A DNA stretch of 64,000 bases from Novakomyces olei (taxonomy: Eukaryota): positions 744,001-808,000 of the forward strand of contig JADEYG010000003.1 in the NCBI GenBank assembly GCA_016906335.1, written 5' to 3'. A model generated the notes under the pieces. That model was not told where the DNA came from. It searched no databases and saw only the letters and a program-made list of their open reading frames with translations. The translations under genes were made by a program, and so were the position numbers. Below, one piece after another: positions 12,501 to 25,358 of this stretch; within the stretch, counting starts at the first letter, position 1, and every line of letters starts with the position of its first letter.

Positions 12501-13681
12501 GAAACACTATTGCCTCGAGACGCAGGCCGTGACGATTGGCCTGTAACATTAGGCCTTTGCGGTTTGGGAGGAGGCACATCTTCTTCTTGCTGAACCGCAT
12601 AATGGTCGCTGGGATTGCCGTACGCGTCAGACTGTATCGTTAGCACGAGAAAATAGATTATAACAGTAGGATAGTATATAATCAATAATACATGGTCAAT
12701 GAAAACTAGTGAATAATGTATAGTCGATATTGTATAACAAAAAAAAAAACAAAAAAAAATATGAAAATAGAGCCAGTGATATAGATGAAGCCGTCTTTGC
12801 ACATAGAGCAGTGAAAAGCCAATTCATAAATGAAATGTACAAAACACTCACCGGATCTTCGTAAGTCTGCCGCGGTTTTGCGGGAGACGGCCTGGCTGGC
12901 ATTGCAGGCACAGGCTCTTCTTCAGCTGCCGCCTGTTGCGGCGGCTGTACCGACCGTGTAGGTCTTTTTGGCTCCAAAAACGATTCAGCATCACTGTCAT
13001 CTGCATCTGCAGCAGGTTCAGGTACAGGCTTTTGCCTGCTTGACCCCGGCCGCACAATTCCCGGAGTAGCTGGTGGGGGTGGTGGAATATAAGGAGTCTT
13101 GGCGGGTTGCTGTACCCCCACAGTTGGTGGAAGTGGGGGCGCCGCTGGCACATCAGACGAGGGAAGTGGGGGTGCTGGTGGGGGCGCAGTCTCTTCTTGT
13201 GCGGCTGCATGGTCCTCTTCCACACCTCCATCTTGATCCTCCGCCTCTTCGACATAATTGCTGGGCGCCAGTCCGTAATGATCTCCGACACTGACAAAAT
13301 ACCAATTCGCATCGTCCTTATCATAGATATTAATAGCACTGTTCTCTGTAAAAGAAACCTCCTCAGGCGACTGCTGTTCATAATCGTACAGGGCTGTAGC
13401 ACTTGCTATCGGAGCCGCCTTGAGAGTAGTTAGTACTTTTGCCAATTATACCTTTTACTCACATCCTCTAGATAGTTCTCTGGTACAAGACCAGTTTCGC
13501 CATCCTCCTCATCATCGTGAGGCTTCTTCTTCACTTTCCACCATCCGTCATCGCTTTTTTCCACCACAAAAACAAGCTCGCCCTCGCCAATGGCAACTTC
13601 ACGATCCTCGTCATCTGCTGGTTGAGGTTCCGACGGCTCGTAGCTGTACACGGCGCGCGAACAACCTACAAAGGAGGACAT
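9554..13681 (-). CDS. SLA1: Endocytic adaptor Sla1 (three SH3 domains, SHD1, SHD2/SAM, TG-rich C-terminal repeats)
   Basis: ATG at 13681; introns 13419-13462, ~12632-12851 and ~9583-9654; SHD1 VRTWTDRTGSFKVDAQL, SHD2 YDWFEFFL, QQPFATG/NPTGF repeats, C-terminal PDNPFGFD*. Confidence 0.93.
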
Positions 13682-13881
13682 TGCATATATCCGAAATTTC
13701 CAAATTGCCCTGGTTCGGGCGACGGACAGAAAGTGAAGCTTGATCTATGCTTTTGTCGTCGTAAAGACGGAAGGCAAGTCGTCTGTGGTCGCGCTGATTG
13801 CTTCCCCGTCTATACACACGGGCAAAGATCTGTGGCAGGTAGGTTACTTGGAGAACACTTGGCGCCGTATATCATTTAGAG

Positions 13882-13882
<1 letters not shown>

Positions 13883-13964
<82 letters not shown>
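13883..13964. repeat. (ATT)n microsatellite upstream of SLA1
   Basis: About 27 direct copies. Confidence 0.95.
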
Positions 13965-13968
<4 letters not shown>

Positions 13969-14239
13969 TACAACATTTTTTAATCCAATCAAAAAATAAG
14001 CCTAGTTGTGATGTTTGCTGCCATTGCGTCTACAAACAATTTGTTCCTTATATTTTTGTAGCAAGCACAACTTGTGTTGAAACTATCTAAACAAGACAAG
14101 AATCGCTGGCTGGTATTTCATTCTCACTCTCGGCATGGAAATATATCATTTGTGTGCAAAAAGTTCTTTCAAATTTGCTTTATTACCACCATATAATGAT
14201 GCATTCCGTCTATATTATAATCTCAAAATTAAATAGCGA

Positions 14240-17220
14240 TTAATCGTCTGCAAAGTGCTTAGTCAAATTCTCATGTTCTCCGTTACTCGTATCCATAGTT
14301 CGACGCCTTTGCCGCTCACGGATAATACTTATGCCGGGGAAGGAGCCGGATAATGGAATTTCAGGGTCATTCCCACCGTTCGACTGTAGACTAAGGTCAT
14401 GCAAAGCAAGCGTTCCCACTGTAGCTGCATTAGACACCATATCAGAATCATATATTGACCCGTCAACTGGCTGTTTGTCTCGCTGGTCCAACTCTGAAAG
14501 CGTTGGAGTCCGATGGCTTCGTTCCGGGTGTGATCGTGATACCCTGTAAGAATTAATTATCAATTGAAATTAAAGTAATTGAAGTGACCCTTGAAAGTAA
14601 AGAAACGGTTGGCAAATTAAAAACTTGAATGTTTAAAATTTCCAGTTGCAACTCAACGGCGAGAATTGGGAATAGCAGTCGGTAATCATAAATAAAATAA
14701 AAACATAATTGTTAAACGATCTCTGCCAAGTACAACCTCTATAAAAATATAACAAAACTCATTTGAATGAAATTGTTCACCCTTACATTCGATGCTCTGT
14801 TTCGAGTGTTCGTTCACGATACATTAAGCGCACAAGTGGCACATTAGTCTTGTGAATATCGCACAGATTATCTCCGAGCCAACGTAGCTTTAACACATGC
14901 TCAAATCCACTCTGAAGCACACTGTTTCGAGCAAGCTCACACATATCAACCGGTGACAGCTTATATATTTGTGCGGCCACTGCATACTCTTCAATCAAAG
15001 GCTCCTTTGTAAACGCGAATTGCAATGGATCATCCGTTGATAAGCTAACGTTCATGCCGCGTTTGAAATAATTGAAGAAAGGATTCTTCTCGTACGCAAC
15101 AAAAAGAGCATTGCTGGTTTGCATTAGTTAATTGTAAAGTCTTCTAGATTCCCCAAACTTACTTGCTTAGCGGGCTCATAGCAATCGGTATTTGATCAAG
15201 ATACCATAAGTACTGTAATGCCGGAGTTTTACGGAGCAGCAACCCATGGCTTATGCCTTGGCTAGTAAGGAAAGCACTGGCGAGATGGTCCGTGCCGTTC
15301 TCGCCTCCTTCTCCGCAATGAGGCCGGAGCACAAATGTGTTGAATCCCCGTTTCTTTCGCCATGCATTCAGCGACGTCATGTTTGCGTACGTATAATAGA
15401 TCCAATAAGTGTAAGGCGGGTTTTGCTTAGTATTCCATTCTTTAGGAATAGGGTACTTTCGGTACAAGCGCCTTTCTGGTTTTGATTCATCGTCAACAGA
15501 GTCAAAGCCGACAACTCGTTCAAGAAACACGTGCAATTTAGGGTGCAATCGCGGGTCTTTTGTAACTTCAAAAAGAGGCTGGAAGGTGTCTGCCGTTGTT
15601 AAATTGACTTGATCAAATATGGGCAAAAATAGTAAATGACGAATAGCAAGCAAATACTAAAAGAACCATAGTAATACTAATATAAATAAACAAATGATAA
15701 AAAAAACACACGCAAAAACAAACTTGTAATTTTTGACATACTTCGAATTATATCTTCAAAATTATTTGCAATCCCACTTTCCTTGTAAACATTATACAAG
15801 CGTGGTATTTGAATGAGCCAGCGCACGTTGGGCGAGAATATCTTGTTGTCAACAACCCAGGCTGCCAATTTGTCCCATTCATCTGGGTGTCGGCCATAAA
15901 TTGAAATCCGGTACTCTGCCATTTGGTATTTACTGGCCTCCGTGTCGGAAATTACCTCTATAATGTTTAGCATTTTAAATAATTTATATTCGCAACAAAC
16001 CTTTAGTCAGCTCTGCCATGAAACGTCCATTTATATAATTATCAGTCTTGAGAAATATCTCTCGCAATCGCGACTCGCCAATCGGATTGTATTTCAGATT
16101 AAATTTGTCGAACCGATGAAAAGTATCCTTGTTCGCATGCATATCAAGTGTATCGATGCTGAGGTCATAAGATGTCAGTCTCAGCGACTCAAATACTTCT
16201 TTCAACGAGAGATGCTTGCCGTCTCTGTAGATAACGACCTCCTGAGACAATTAGCAATGGGCATTATACACATGTCAATTTAAGACATACGTCTGGAACC
16301 TTTTTTAGCTTTGATTTAATAAAGCGAAGAAGGTGCTTTTGATTGGCAATGGCTGATAAATGCACGTGAGTATCGACTTTACGCACATTGTAAAAATCAC
16401 GGTGTGGTACTTTCTTGGTCTCCACAAGTTCGCTATAATCATTGAGAAGGCTGTACATTTGCCATTTGTGCTCAAGGTATTGAAGTCTCCTGAAAGCAAA
16501 AGACTTTACAGGTCCGTCTGACGCCGCCTGCAACACCTTGTCCAAATCCAGATAGTATTCGCGTATGGAGGGTACGTTGAAAAAGCGCGCATCCGATTCG
16601 AGCGCTTTCATGTTAGTATAATGGCAGAAAAAAGATAGGGAACGAAAAGATCGCTTTATTTTACACAAAAAAGCTTTTCATATAAACGCGATTGTAGAGC
16701 AAAAGTTATCTGAATTAGAAATGTTGAAAACAATTCGCACTCAAACTCTTACCGGCCTCGTTCTCATATATTTGGTAAACGCCCTGTTCATCAAGCGCAA
16801 AAACCATTTCATCTTCTACGCCTGGTATTTCGCATTCATCTAATTCGAACAGCCGTCCTGAAGATTCGCCTTCCTTCGTCTCTGGGTAGATTCGCCAAGA
16901 GTCTTCGTCGCGTGGATTGTCCCCCGACCGTTGCAATGATAGCCTCAAATATTTGTGGCGTAGATCCAGACATTCTTGGACAGCTGCAAAGACTTCGCCC
17001 ATTTCTGAAGTCCATTCAACCGTGTCGGTAGATTCGACAATAGAAGGCACTTGTTCGACTTCCTCCTGTTGCGTCGCGTACCACTTGGAGTCGGCCTTTT
17101 GTTCAGTATCGGCAAAAAAAGAAATAGGAACCATACCGATGTTAGAATACGCTCCTGCATATGATTGAAAAACGGGTCTCGTTCAGACTCCATTTTCGGA
17201 GTCGTTTCACGCTCCGCCAT
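14240..17220 (-). CDS. AMD1: AMP deaminase, multi-exon
   Basis: [71 protein letters not shown]; about 7 GT-AG introns; the start (17220) and last exon are less certain. Confidence 0.93.
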
Positions 17221-18503
17221 TGGCTTTTCTCCCGTAGTCAACCGACTGGAAACTCAATGATTTAATCTTTTTTTTTTTTTTCGAGTCCAATGTATTGTAG
17301 AGATTAAAATGAACTATACTGTATTTCTTTCCAGGTTTTCTTATACGAGATAAAAGTGATAACAGTGTTACTACAAATATTTATTTTTATCTTTATATTT
17401 ATATTGTCCGTTTATTATTCGAAGTACTCTTGAGCGAGAATACTTTGAGCGATCCCAAAATTACCTGATTCATAATTAGATTTGTCATAAGCGGTGTACT
17501 TTATTTGGATCATTGCGTCATTATTTACTTCTAATTCTCGTCGCCATTGGTGATCGTGTTTGTGCTACACGGGTGTTTTTTGACAGCGCGACTTGGAGCT
17601 ATGGTATTCCCCGCAAATATTTTGCTACTATTGCGTTTGTAACAATTGACGAGGCGATTATTCTTGAGCGAAGCTGATAACTGTCATTACTATGAGAATT
17701 GGCATAGGACATACAATGCAGCGATCACTGAGTTCACAATCATTCGTTCTTGTTTCATATCAAGTTTCTAATGTAACGATCCAAGGAATTTTGTTTTGAC
17801 TCCTTTATCTTTAGTTGCCTCTTCTTTAGAGCCACGATCCTGTATTGCAGGTAACTGAAAGAATTTCCTTTCATATTGTGTGACCCTCTGGATGGCGTAG
17901 TGTGGGAAATACAGGGCGAAAACACTCGCAAAACAAAGAGCGATTTATCTAATGCAACCCCCCATAATTTGCCTCGGCAGTTTACTATACTCGTTCTCCT
18001 GATGAAAATGGTCAAAATTGTTTTTATCAAATTTCCATGCCAATCCTAAATTTGCTTCCACAACAAAACCTTTTATATATGGCTAAAATTTGTTTTATAA
18101 TCAATACAAATTGGAAGTTTTGCGGTCAATTCCTTTGCCGTTCAGCCAACTTCCAATTGAGCTAACATCGCTCCCGCTACGATGATTTCGGGGTAAACCT
18201 ATTATTTTTGGAAATGAAATTAGATAAGCTTTCCAGGGACACTGATACATAAGCAATGATAAATTAGCAAGCATTCTTTAAGTATCAACATGAGCTATTA
18301 TATGCATTGTAATTACGAAATTACAAAAAACCTGCTTAAAGTATATTAAGCTTAATTTGCCACATTGATCTCATGCTTTGATATTTTTATTCAAAAAGAC
18401 TCGACGAGTAGGAGGAATGCAGTCCTCGGCAATCCAGATGTCTGTTCATACACAGGGCAAACAGCAAGCACGACATATATTGCCAAATGCAATGACAAAA
18501 AAC

Positions 18504-18590
18504 TGACCCCAACCGGATTCGAACCGGTGTTACCCGTTGAGCTCAAGAGAACTTGGAGACGGATGTACTGACCAACTATACTATGGAGTC
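18504..18590 (-). tRNA. tRNA-Trp(CCA) with a 14-nt intron (18539-18552)
   Basis: Cloverleaf GACTCCA/TGGGGTC, D arm GTAT/GTAC, anticodon arm TCCGT-CTCCAAA-ACGGG after intron removal, T arm ACCGG-TTCGAAT-CCGGT, discriminator A, T6 Pol III terminator just downstream. Confidence 0.93.
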
Positions 18591-19288
18591 GTTTAAATGA
18601 ACCATTTAAAGTGAGATTTAAGTTGTTAACGATTTAATTAACCATATATATATTACATATGATATTTATCATTTTAGCGCTAATTGACGCGCTAAGTTGC
18701 TTCTGACAAGAGCGAATGCGATCTTCCTTCTTTAGTGTCAAATTTGTCTCAAGTAAATGCGCAAAAGCACACTTTCCCAATCTTTTACCTAGACAAAAGA
18801 AGAAAATGCTCCTTAGGTCAGTCATGTGCCACTGAGGAACACAGCGACGCTTGCGCGTCTAACTGCGACATTTGTAGTTTGTTGGTTGTGCTCTGCAACT
18901 AAACTTTTTGTATTTTAATTGGTAGTCATAAAAGCCTCATGCGTGCCATTCTCTCGTAGCCAACGTGCCCTGCTTTTTGTCTTAGTGCTACTTCACGCCC
19001 CCTAAAATGGTTTGCCATTTTTTTTTAATCTTTACAAGAGAATTCTCAAAAGCTCAGTCTTTTACCAGATTCGATTACCTTTGAGCAAAGGTGGACCAGG
19101 TTTATTAAAAAAAGCAGTAGGAGTTGTTCGAGATTCATCCTGGATAATATCCTGGATAAATCTTGGACAATCCAAAGATATTACAGAATAAACCTGATCA
19201 AGTAAAGAGACCTGAATCTCTTCATCTTTTGTCAATTGGTGTAAGCAGTCTGACACTTTTTCTCCAGAGGGATTGCCACGGCTCGCCA

Positions 19289-22250
19289 ATGGCGCCGACG
19301 CCGCCCCGCGGTCAGTTTCGCGTCTCTCAACGGCGACCGCTTTCTTGTATAGGTATGGTTCGGTGATATCTGCTGTTCCTGCTCGGCATTCGAGCACCTA
19401 CGTTTCAGCTGCCTTTCTATTTATTCGCTGATGCTTTACTCAAATTTCCTACTTGGAAAGCAATTGCTTATTAACGTTGCCTTTGAAATTGCTCAAGTAT
19501 TGTTCAATCGCTGCTTGATTAATTTAACTAGATGTACAATCTCTATGGACCATGCTAATCTTCAATAGAATGCTCAAGACGCAAAATCAAATGTTCCAAA
19601 AGTATTCCGTGTGAAGCGTGTGTTAAGGCGGGACATCCGGAGAAATGTGCACGGGAACTTGTTGTCGTGACTAAAGCCTTCCACGGTGGCCGATCACGAA
19701 ATGTTACAGAGGAAATTGCTTCGCTGCAGCATTTTTGCCAAACTTTTAGGCACCACAAAGACGTAGTTGACGTTTTGGAGCAGCGTATTGCTGAGCTTGC
19801 TGGAGGCATGCATGCACCACCGGATTCAGCAGCGGCCGCCAAGGCAGCACATAAAAGAAGTGCCATGAAGCTCGATGACCCAGAATCATATGAAACAGAC
19901 AAAACGGTCACCTCACTTGAACATGTGGCCTGGGGCCGCAAACACCGGTCTGAGCCGGCCCACAGCTTAAAAGAATTTATTGGTCAAGACGAGCGGCAAT
20001 TACTTGCATCGGATGCTCCGTCAGAAGCTGTTATCTCTGTTTTACCCTTTCTGCCTTCAAGAGAAGTGGCCGATGCGTTAATAAGGTTTCACCTGGACTG
20101 GGTTTCATGGCAGCAAAATTGTTTACATAATCCTACATTCTATACTGAATGCGTGGCTTTTTGGGAGAGTGGGCGCCCCCCTCACTCGCAGCCTTGCTGG
20201 CTTGGCTTATATTTTGCAGTTTTAAGCGTAAGGAAATGAAAAAATCAGACCAAAAAACAGGAATAAGCCCAGATTTCAAGAATATAATTTAATATTTTAT
20301 TGTCAAATAAAATAAAAATAAAATAAAAATAAAAAAATCTTGCGATTATTCTAATATTTCAGTCCGCTATTCACCATCTTCCGGCTAAAGAGCTGCTCAA
20401 AATGTACGATGCTGAGGACCGTGAGTCGTTGCGACGGGTGTGGTATAAGAAATCTTTAGCAGTTCTCGAGGAGGCCGATTTCATGAAAAATCATTGTTGT
20501 AAGTTCAGTTTAGTCTCTTTCTAATATTTCTCTGTAATTATTTCTTTTTATATATAATGTACAACCTATTATTTCATGTACTATTGGCTCTCACTTTCCT
20601 CTTGCTCATATGTTTCTTATTCTGTTTCGTAGTTTTGTTTCGTAGTTTTGTTTTATTTTCATTTTTCGATTTCTAGTATTTCATTTAACTCCAATTTCAT
20701 TCGGGTCTTTGTCTCCTCGCCATTACTCACGCACCATAGTATACACAATTCAAGCTATCATCACGCAAACGCTAATAGCCTACGTCATCGGCGAATCAGA
20801 TCGGCACATGGTCATGCTGGCCACAGCTTGCCGAATCGCCCAATCATTAGGCCTTCATCGCGCCGTGCGTACCAAAAAGCATATGCCCCTGGAAGACCGT
20901 ATAACCGTGGAAACACAGAAGCGTGTTTGGTGGCAGCTGGTTATTCAGGACTGGCTGACTATTCACGTCAGTGATACATACGTTCTACGCCCCGGCCAAT
21001 TTACTGTAGAAATGCCGACAAATTGTTATGACCACGATCTTATTGAGCAGCCTTTGGATGTGCCTACAAACTCAACTTACTGTATCCTGCTTGGCAAAAT
21101 AGCCAGCTTAATGCCCCGCCTTTTTGAAGGGCTACGTGAACCCGACGTTAGTGAGCGTTATGAGCATGTTCTTCGTATAGAAAAGCAATTACGGCAGCTT
21201 ACAGAGGAGTTTCCTGCCTTTGTTATGAGTGGAGCAGAATTAAAGCCAGAGTGGCCCGCCTGGGTCCCATGGGCCCGACGAATGATGACCGTCAGTGCCG
21301 CCGACAAAGTAATGATGATCCATCGGCCTTTCTTAATAAGAGCTCTGCGTACACAGGAGTACCCCATCACTCGTAATGTGTGTGTCGCTGCTGCCCGTAC
21401 AATCCTAAGAGAACAGATCAGAGGAATGGAATCTGATTCCCAGGCCAGTTGGACAATTCAAGCCTTTTCCGTTTCGGCAGCCATCATTTTTGCCCTGGAT
21501 ATGATGCTGAACCCGGAGAGACGGGCCGAGCAGGACGCGATTCATTTTCATATGATAAAGGAGTCCATTCAGGCACTGAAATTGCAGAGGGGTAATGTGC
21601 AAGCAGAGAGAGGAGTTATTGTTCTGCAGCATTTAGTGCAAGAGCTGGAGACTGCCTGGGCCGAACCTGCAAGTGCAGCAGAGCAAAGCTCATCTGGCTC
21701 TGCAGTAGGGACAAGTGTAGCTCGATCTGGTCCAGAGGAATCGCAAAATTCACACTACCTTCAGCCTGAAGGACAAGGCCAAAATGTACCACCTCAATCG
21801 CAAATTCAGCCAACGTTTCAGGAAAGCAAAATTGCAAAGCTCAAACGAATCGTTGGCCGGATCAGATCTGTCGGGTCTGCCCACGATGAAAGTAGGGTTA
21901 ATGACATGTATGCAAAGATGTACCGGGACCCCATTCAAGCGCCTATTGCTTCACCAATGACAGACTCCTCTGGATCAGTTCCCACCACCTCCTGTGGGAT
22001 ATCTTATACTCCAGAAGCTCTCTCAAGGCTGACCCAGCAACAGCACCACTCTCAACCACAGCAGCATCAGTCGCAGCCTCCGTCGCAGCCTCAGTCGCAG
22101 CCTCAGTCGCAGCAATTTCCAATGCAGATGGCTAGTGGATTCGCGAAATTTAATACCATAAACAGCAATGATGCAAATGCGGCAGAGAACGGTCACGAAT
22201 GGTTGGATGAATTGTTTGCCTTTAATTTGAGTTCTGGGAACGTTTTTTGA
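19289..22250 (+). CDS. Zn(II)2Cys6 fungal transcription factor with a fungal-specific middle homology region
   Basis: ATG at 19289; intron 19353-19568 joins RRPLSCI/ECSRRKIKCSKSIPCEACVKAGHPEKC; further introns ~20228-20362 and ~20499-20739; motif AQSLGLHR...KRVWWQL. Confidence 0.9.
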
Positions 22251-22799
22251 ATGCTTGCTTCATTGGGGTCGCGGTTCTTGATCGGCTGAGACTGCTGGTA
22301 ATAGTCGAAGCTCATTCTCAGCAGAGGCTGTCTATTTCCACATTGTCTAGAGCGTTTACCGTGTTAAAATTTATTTGCGTTTTATATTATTTATTTGGAC
22401 GTTTTTGTCGAGTATTGATTGATAAAGTCTGCTGTTTATTGTTCAGTGAGCATTTTTTATTTATCTATTTTCATTATTTAATCAGGCTCATTCTTTAATA
22501 TTGCTTCTAGCGTTAGCTTATACATATACACTTGTTTGCGATTTCTGATACAGTTGGAGTCATGTTGTCAATATATTCTAAAACCTTGAAACTTATTAAA
22601 TCTATTACTAAAATGCAAATTAGAGTTGGCAAAGAGTTTGGTTGTGTTTACATACAAATCTATCTTTATACAATAACGCAGGACATATTCCTTCATCCAG
22701 TCTGGTTTGTATGTATATGGTATGTGCAGTAGATCCTTTGCCACTGGCATACGCTTTTCTGAAGCGTGAAGCTTGAAAGCACGTTTGCACTCGCCAATC

Positions 22800-23492
22800 T
22801 TATAGTTTAGCCTTTTCGCGGAACGCTATTAGTGCCGAGCGGGCTTCTGGCTCAGCGTGCGTCCCTGTTCCCCGATTCCAAACGTCTTCGAAAGCTGCAG
22901 CCGACCCAAACTCCTGGTCAACCTGCTCCTCGACCTGCCCAGCAAGAACCGAATCGTCTAAATCGCCCCATACTGTTTCTACGTACAAGCCAGGCTGCGA
23001 GCATAAAAACGTCACTGGATCCTCGCAGTGAAGAAAGGCAGCGGCTTTGCGTAGACTTGAGTGGTTATTCCTAGGGTGCTCAGTGTACCCGATCTCATCC
23101 TCATAATGATGTAAAAGCGTACGAACTGGCTCTCCGTCGCCCGATTGCGAGCTGACAGTTGGAGGAACTGCGAAATGGTCAAAATCATTTTCTACTTGTC
23201 TTAAGCCTTCACTTTGTTTGAGTTTTATTGCCGTAGAAGCATTAGCTCGTGCCTGTAGCCCTGGCAATTGTGGAAATGGCGTTTCTAGTCCGCTTGATGT
23301 AGACAGTGTAGATCCTTGTACTTTGACAGGCGCCCCGGCACTGCTTAATTGCTGCCGTAATACTTCTGCCGTTCCGAAAAACGGGGCACTGACGGTTGAA
23401 AAAGGAGGAGGCTTGAAAGATCGGTCGCCATTGCCGTTCTCTTCAGGAGCCTTGGAATTACTGGCTCCTTCTTTACCTTTGCCCTTGTCCAT
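22800..23492 (-). CDS. Uncharacterised 230-aa protein ending in PTS1-like -AKL
   Basis: Intronless ATG-initiated ORF with coding-like composition between AT-rich flanks. Confidence 0.7.
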   Translation of the reverse strand: MDKGKGKEGASNSKAPEENGNGDRSFKPPPFSTVSAPFFGTAEVLRQQLSSAGAPVKVQGSTLSTSSGLETPFPQLPGLQARANASTAIKLKQSEGLRQVENDFDHFAVPPTVSSQSGDGEPVRTLLHHYEDEIGYTEHPRNNHSSLRKAAAFLHCEDPVTFLCSQPGLYVETVWGDLDDSVLAGQVEEQVDQEFGSAAAFEDVWNRGTGTHAEPEARSALIAFREKAKL

Positions 23493-24291
23493 TGCCCTAC
23501 CTTTCGCCCCACAACACAGAGCGCTAAAATCCGGGGTTATCTTGATAAATTAAATCCACAATACCATATCGCAATAGTGGTTTAGTATAATCGGGGGCTC
23601 GATTATCGGTGGTACGGACCCTGGACTGGTACTGTATGATTCCTGAACCGGCGATTGCGAAATCTATCGTCCATTTATATAAGCTTGAGAATCGACACTG
23701 ACGGGGGTGGAAGAATTGTTTTATGACTGTTTTAAAGAATTCTTTTATTTATTTCTTGGGCAATCAATATTAACAAGTCTTTACAGTATTCACTGACTCC
23801 TCATAATCAATCCAGAGTTTTATACTACCCGTGAAGCAAAAGTTCCATTAACGCATTTATGCGTCGCACCCGGTTCCCAAGACCAAGCCGGGACTTGCGC
23901 GGCGTCTGTATACACAAATCCTCTAATATGGCAAACACAGGGCAATATTGTATGTACTGTGCCTTCCTTTGCGGCTCGGCGTTATTCCACTGTTTTATCC
24001 GTAGTAAATCTAAATATGACTATCACAGTAACAAAAACAATTAACAATAGAACAATTAATAAAACAATTAATACTAGTACTATCACTATCAGCCTTCACT
24101 ATTATTACACAGAGATAAGCAGCAGATCCAAAGCGAGCGCTGTGATTGGACAGCTTTTAATATTAACGATCTCGTGCCGTATACAGCAACCGTACTAAAT
24201 CTGAGCAGGATCAATTTTTTCTTCCCCGAGCGACGGTTCGCGAGTGTATTTTTACGAATTGAGACTGCAATTCATCTCGGCCCGCTGTCAT

Positions 24292-25358
24292 ATGCAAAGA
24301 GCATTTCCGTTGAAACGCTCTACGCTCGTACAATCGCTTTATTCTTCCACTGCGAAAGCCGTATTCAGCACTTTTTCTGCCGCCAAAATGCCGGCACGAA
24401 ACTGTAAGCCGCTCAGTTCTGACTTCATTTCTGCGCTGGATCCGCCCGACACCGCATGAGCACTGGCAGCTGAACGGGTTAGACGGCATTTATTACCGTT
24501 TTGTTATACGCGCCTGCTTACTCTTATCTTTTAGCACCCCGCCGATTCCCACACAATGCGCCAATTGAAGCCCTGTTTGACCTAAACACAAAATGGGCCA
24601 AAGGCATGGAGGACACGTCTCCAGAGACGTTCACCACTTTGGCCGGCATGCAAGCTCCTACAGTGCTCTGGATAACTTGCGCCGACTCCCGCTGCCCTGA
24701 GACTACGATTACGGGGACCCTACCAGGCGAAATATTTACCCACCGCAATATTGCCAACGTGGTTACTGCCGGAGACAACTCTGTCCAGTCAGTGCTGCAG
24801 CTGGCTATGGGGCCTCTACAGATTCACCATATCGTTGTTGCCGGGCACTCGGACTGTGCTGGCATCAAGGCTATTATCAACAATCAGTCCCTCGGAGGGC
24901 ACCTGGGGGACTGGCTCAAGTACGCTTTTAATTCCGTGATTTTTCACCATCTGCTGCTTTTCATATGTCTTTTAATTCTGTTGAAAAATGATACATACAT
25001 TTGTACAACTGCTTTATTATTTCTCTATATTTCTCTATATCTCTCTATTTGTTTATTTTTTATCATGCACTCACAACGCTTTAAATTCTCACTTTTCCAT
25101 CTCTTTATTTCACCATTTGCTAATTTAAGCACTATTTCGGCAATCAAAAAGGAGGCTCACGAGAAACTGGATGCTTGTGCGTCTGATTCGGAGCGAATCA
25201 ACGTCCTTATCGCAGAGAATGTCCGCAGTTCTGTCCGCAATGTGGCTGAAAGTCCTTATGTAAAAGCTGCACGTGCAGAGAGGCCCGTGGGTATTTATGG
25301 CTGCGTCTATAATTGCGGAACTGGGCTACTAGAGCGTACCTGCGACAACCTGGAGTAG
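24292..25358 (+). CDS. NCE103: Beta-class carbonic anhydrase (Nce103-like); two in-frame ATGs at 24292 and 24388
   Basis: Introns 24404-24534 and 24920-25129; zinc ligands in WITCADSR and GHSDCAGI; PGEIFTHRNIAN. Confidence 0.9.

Noticed and set aside
17250-18500. Long spacer as a possible transposon or LTR remnant near the tRNA
   Set aside because: No terminal repeats, TG..CA LTR ends, target-site duplication or transposase/RT motifs seen
19353-19568. TPP riboswitch in the longer intron of the Zn2Cys6 gene
   Set aside because: Lacks the conserved CUGAGA and CUGAU/UAAU/GCG aptamer motifs
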